A DNA stretch of 64,000 nucleotides from Gnetum montanum (lineage: Eukaryota; Plantae; Gnetophyta): NCBI GenBank assembly GCA_015680685.1, contig MNCI01001687.1:222255-286254 (forward strand). The letters run 5' to 3'. A program made the translations under genes and the position numbers. Positions 58,835 through 64,000 of this stretch are shown piece after piece. Every line of letters begins with the position of its first letter. The first letter of the stretch is position 1. Below the pieces are notes generated by a model. It saw only the letters and a program-made list of their open reading frames with translations. It searched no databases and was not told the origin of the DNA.

Positions 58835-59510
58835 CACAACACCCTCTTGCGGTTGTTTACGCTCTGTGCGGTGCAGACCGGTAGCCCCAATGGTTTCCCT
58901 AGAGCCCTACAGAACACAAGGCCTTCGATCGTTGGTTAACTAGCTCATTCTACGATCATCTTGCATGCGTACTACACCCCATCTCATGTCGTGTAGACCA
59001 GTCTCCTGGAAAGTCGCTTCAAGACCATACGAGACATAAAGCCTGCCTGATTGCTAACTAGCTTGTCCATCCTACAGTTGTCTTGCCTACGCTCTGTACC
59101 CCATTCCGTGTGGTATAGACTAGTCACCGCAATGGTCCCTCTGGGATCCTATGAGACATAAAACTTACCTGGTTGCTAGTTAGTTTTCTCATCTTATGGT
59201 AGTCTCATATGCCTTCCACACCCCAACTTACATTAGCGTAGACTCGACACCCTTTGTGGTTGTTTACACTTCGTGCGGTGTAGATCGGTCACCTCGATGG
59301 TTTCTCCAAAATGCTATGAGACAATAAGCCTTCAGAGAATGATTTAACTTGCCTCTACTATTTACAATAGTCCTACATGCCTCCTGCACCCTAGCCAGCA
59401 TAGGAAAAAATGTGACACCCTTTGAGGTTGTTTGCACATTGCGTGGTGCAGGTCGGTTGCCTCGACGGTCCCTCCAGGATCCTGCAAGATGTAAAGCCAC
59501 CTATTGTCAT
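58835..59510 (+). repeat. 5' UTR tandem repeat of E6 (~5 units of ~120-165 bp)
   Basis: Same unit as E4 28370-28640, with gacataaagcc-like ends at ~58915, 59035, 59157, 59325 and 59490. Confidence 0.75.
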
Positions 59511-59569
59511 TTTTAAATCCTTCTATTCTTCTACATTTTCTAGCATTTGTTTGCATAATCACTTGCTTG

Positions 59570-62500
59570 ATGACGGTTTCCACGACAACCACCATTGGTG
59601 CCTCCAACACGGAGGTGCCCTTCACGGTCCAAGGCACTACTGGTGTCGAACAGTGGCTGAATCCAATGCCAGAAACACGCCAGTTTCTCAGAATCCAAAA
59701 TTGAGGACCTGAGGGACTAGCCCAACAACATGAGCATTACAGTTTCCTCTGTGTGAAGGTGTAGGCTAACTAAGGCATTACAGAAAAATATAGCTTCGAC
59801 TTCACTTACTGCAATGGGGAGGAATTCATTCCTAACCAAGGCTTTCCTCTACCTTTAACACAAGTGTACCAAAAGGCTGCTAGATCAACTAATCTAGTTG
59901 ACAAGGCTTAGGAAGCAACAAGACATGACATCCAACTAGGATGACACCTTTCAAGATGGTCAGGAAGAACTTGATTCCCAATCTAACGAGGGAGGCCCAG
60001 CCAACCCCGTTATTGTCCCGGCTACCCAGTCCTTCTAGGCCAACTCGTTGCCTATCGCCACCGAATTTTTCATCACGCCTACACTTCAGCAACCTACAAC
60101 TACAACTACAGTGGGTAGCCATACCACATTCCTAGTGCCTCATCATCCCTATCCCCTGGTTGCACCTGTAGCAACTGTGTCACTACAAACTATTTATCAG
60201 CACGCTATCAAAATACGCAACATGTGTATCACGGCTACCCTACTGCATGTCCATATTGTACCTACTTTGTAACTGCACATAACTCCTATGCCAATTCCTA
60301 CATATGCATCTGTTCCACCCACTATGATGGGCCTAGGTCCATCCACATGGTGAAATCTGCTCACTTCTTCGTCTGTTATGCAATCGTCACAGATGTCTCA
60401 CTACATTCGTCCTCAGGCCTACTCAACTCCGCAAATGGTACATCCTGGCACAGGGCCATGGGCTGTTCCACCAGTGATCCAAGAGGCCTACCTAGTGACT
60501 CAACCTACTATTACTGCTCCAATAATACCACCCACCAGATGGTGGATAATGCAAATAGCACCTTTTGCAGGTGTGGCCCCAACGGTGCAGCTGATGGGTG
60601 AAATCTCCATTGCTTCCATGCCACATGTGGGAGTTGCCTTTGTAGTCCCTCAGTCATCTACAATGTCTCCAGGTCTAGACTAGGCATTTCAGCTCATCTA
60701 GACCCTAACCAAGGAAGTGAAACACCTCAAAGCTATTGGGTCTGATATGGTACATGTCATGGACATTTAGGAAGGTGACCCCGTCAACCCTGCAATCCCT
60801 GCTTTGATATTACCACCTGGGATGTCCCTCCTGCACTTCACAAAGTATGATAGAGAAGGATATCCCAATACACACCTCATCACTTTTTGGTCAGAGTCTT
60901 TTTTACTGCAACAATGGACACATATGATCATTCACATCTTCGCCATGTCCCTAGCTGGGAAAGCCCTTGATTGGTATCGCACATTGCCACGTTCATCCAT
61001 TTCAACTTTGGAAGAACTCTTGACCTAGTTTGTGACATGCTTCAAATATAACTTGAATCCAAAAACCACACTGGATCAGTTGATGAGCATAAAGCAAGAC
61101 CCGCTAGAACCAGTCCAAATATTCATTTAACGTTGGAGCGCAACCCTTAATGAAATCTATGAACCTATCACGAAGGCTCACTTGTTAGCCATCTTTAAAG
61201 GTGTAGTGAATGACTTCATCAAGTCATAACTATATTACCTTGTTCCACACTCACTTAGCCAAGCTTTCGCTCAGAAAAAAAGCATACAAGACATGGTCAA
61301 GACAAGCAAAGACTCAGCTTACATCACTTACAAGAACAATTTTGCAAAAAAGGACAAGGGTAAAGCCCCAACAACCATGGTGGCTACTGTGGCAGCTGAG
61401 GCTAAGCCCAAACATAGCAACAGCAGAAACAAGAATAACAAGAAACCATCCATGCCTATGGCTGACTCTGCGTCCAGACCGAGCCAAGCATCATAACCTG
61501 CTGCACCTGAGACATCTGCATATACCAAACGTAACTTTGAACATAAAGATTGTTCTAAATACACCCCGCTGCCTCTCAAACCTTAAAAACTCTTGAAGCA
61601 GCTATTGGTAGTGAGATACATCCAATACAAGTAGATGTCAGAGGAAGCGAACATGAGGCATCGGTACTACTACAAGCTCTTTAGAAATCCCTCTTTAGCC
61701 CTACCCAATAAGCCTCTAGTTCCTAGGGGTTTTAGGCTAGACAGGTTTTGTGACTACCATCAATTATGTGGTCATACCACGGATTATTTTTTGTCATTGC
61801 AAGATGACATCCAAAGGTTGATTGACTTGGGACAGTTGATGCTAGATGAAAGTAGCCTAGTATGTCTTGAAAACTAATCTATGCATGTCTACATAGATTC
61901 CGTCAACACCAATAATGTTGATTATGTAATCAACACCATTGGTATTGATAATGATCCCATGACACCCTTCCAGCTATTTGTGATTCTTGTGCCTCAACGT
62001 AGCGCACCAATGCCACCAATGACTGGTCCAAGCTCACAGTTGCTCTTCATCCTGAAATTTCCACCATGGGCATCTACCTCTATACCACCTGTTAGTGGTG
62101 CCACACAACCCCATCAACTAACACCCTTACCTCCATTCATCATCAGGGGGCCAACATCTTTGACAGCCCCCACCCCATGCCCCACAACGCAAGAAGCCTA
62201 CTTGGTGGGCGAGGCATCGAAGGGGAATAAGATCCAAAGTATCTCCAAAACTATGTCTTCACCCTTTAAATTTACACCTTCATCACCAAAGATGAAGAAT
62301 GACATGATTACATGACCCGTGGCATCTTGTTGCCAAAAATATGAACCTAGGTCTAGGGCCATCTCCCCTCGGGAGATTCGTCTTCTAGGGAAAATCGAAG
62401 AGGAGGGTGTCAAACAAATGGATGGTCAAGACTTCTTGGACACCCTCATCTAGGTTGGGCAAGCCCTAAGGTAGAAAAACATCATGTTAATCCTATATGA

Positions 62501-63332
62501 CTTAGTCATGACGTCTGCCCCTCACTGCGAGGCTCTAGTCTGCATGTTAACGGCAATTCTAGTCGATAAAAACATGTCGACAGACGAGAAAGAAATCCAC
62601 TCGGTCATACTCCCTTTTGTACCCACAGAGTTTGCAATACCTCAATTAACTTTCAACAATGATGTCATTAAGAAAGATCCCAAAGCAGGTCAAGTAACCA
62701 TGGCACCTCTCTTCATCACAATTCGGGTTGGCCAATACAAAGTCTGAAAGGTACATGTTGATGATGGGGCAGCCACAAATTTCATCTCCTTTTCTATTAT
62801 AGATAAGCTAGGGTTGGTCGACCAGATCAAACCAACAACAAAGTCATGTCTATGGTCCTTCAACGGGGCACATGTCTTGGTGAAGTTCATAATTCATGCA
62901 TACTTCGTAGCAGGGGACAAGCTCCTCACAGATGCAATGTTTGTCATGGTCGAAGAAATGCTTAGGTTTAACCTAATATTGGGAAGATCATGGTTAGCAC
63001 AACTCAGGGCCATCTCCTTGCCTATACACCAAGAAATCCACTTACCATATGGAGGTAGGAAGGTTATAATCCATGGTGACAAGGTGGTAATGCCAGTAAT
63101 CAACAACATAAACATGGAGTAGGATTCAGAGGTTACAACCTCTGAAGATGAAGTGCTTGTTCATGCATGCACCAATCATACAACTAAGGGATTAGCCCAA
63201 TGAGGTGACCCCCAAATCAAAAATAGATGGGTAGAGTCACCCTTTCAAGCGAGGAGTAGTGACACAAGCGAAGGCCCTGGCAAAACGCCTCAACATTACA
63301 TCTCGATTAACCCAAGAAAGGTCAAGAGGTAG
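59570..63332 (+). pseudogene. gag: Degenerate gag-protease ORF of E6
   Basis: LLHFTKYDREGYPNTHL..AGKALDWY, FCDYHQLCGHTTDY, VHVDDGAATNFI...NLILGRSWL. Stop TAG at 63330, equivalent to the E4 stop. Confidence 0.9.
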
Positions 63333-63619
63333 CTACACATAGCATAGCAGCCTTGCAACCTCCCACTTAGTCGCCATCCTCACATATTCACTTTCTACTT
63401 AGCCTGTTAGTGTGTCATCCTTTCTGCATGCTACGCCAACAGCCCGAAATGGCCTAAAACTAGCATATGAGAGCACAAAAATTTTACATAACACACATGA
63501 TAATACAAAATTGGTTTCCTTTCTAAAGTCTTGCATTTCAATAAAAACTTTTTTCCTATTGGAAGTATCTACAAATTCGTTCAAAAAAACACAAGGGGAG
63601 TCGAGCCCCACACTCTCAT

Positions 63620-64000
63620 GAATTATCCCTATTCACATCGCCTCTGCCTTTTGTCTCTACTTCATCCACTTGCGCACTACCTACTCTTACATTGTCCCCT
63701 ACCGACACCTCATTCCTTCCCTCCACAGGCCTCACACCTTCGTTGAAAGCCTGTATCCCAAAAGATAAAGTAGTTAAAAAAGACAAAAAATGCAATAAAT
63801 GATAGTTGTAGAAAACCATTAAAGCAACTAACCTAAGGAGAGCCTACGTTAGTCACAAGAGGTATCTGGTCTAGACCAAGCCTGAGATGATGCTCAATCT
63901 CCTCAATCGAAATATGCATCCAATGCCTATCACTAGATTCAGCATTCACAATAGTAACTTTCTCCCTTTCCAAAGTTGTCCACTTTAGAGGTTCTTGGGA
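63620..64000 (-). pseudogene. 3' exons of the E6 antisense gene (truncated by the window end)
   Basis: Nucleotide homology to E4 33100-33500. Minus strand reads EEIEHHLRLGLDQIPLVTNVGSP followed by a GT donor. Confidence 0.75.

Larger units (their letters stand above)
56899..64000 (+). mobile_element. E6: 5' part of a Tat-lineage element closely related to E4, continuing beyond the window
   Basis: LTR 56899-58739, PBS 58746-58763, gag-PR 59570-63332, then the 3' end of the antisense gene. Confidence 0.9.

Overview
This window is plant nuclear heterochromatin made almost entirely of nested, methylation-decayed LTR retrotransposons. The AT-rich C-to-T/G-to-A decay suggests a large-genome vascular plant; the species cannot be determined. 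I found no intact cellular gene, RNA gene or CRISPR array. Six related Ty3/gypsy elements of the Tat superlineage are present. They share LTRs beginning TGAAACACC, a tRNA-Asn PBS, a PPT like AAAGAGGGGCCAA, an archaeal-type RNase H between RH and INT, and no chromodomain. They are E1 (1-3219, 3' part), E2 (~8350-12526, 3' part), E3 (~12527-27228, 5'-truncated), E4 (~27229-56585), E5 (34082-46972, minus strand, nested in E4 with TSD ACCTC, no RT/INT) and E6 (56899 to the window end). A Sirevirus-like copia 3' end lies at ~3220-6298. The main result is an unusual architecture: LTR - gag/protease(stop) - ANTISENSE intron-rich gene - separate RT-RH-aRH-INT ORF with its own conserved ATG - LTR. In E5 I reconstructed the antisense gene by hand as 8 exons and about 1,070 codons, with the junctions between exons 1-7 all in frame. 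It encodes an FCP1/NIF-like (HAD) phosphatase domain lacking the catalytic aspartates, fused to a plant-mobile-domain-like region and a coiled coil. Homologues occur in E3, E4 and E6, and the intron after the NTL..NP block is in the same place in E3, E4 and E5. Each family also carries arrays of its own CpG-containing motif built on an AGCGTR core, in the LTRs and around the antisense gene. This suggests, as inference only, an element-encoded and sequence-specific transactivator or anti-silencing system. All domain calls come from motif recognition by eye, not from database searches.
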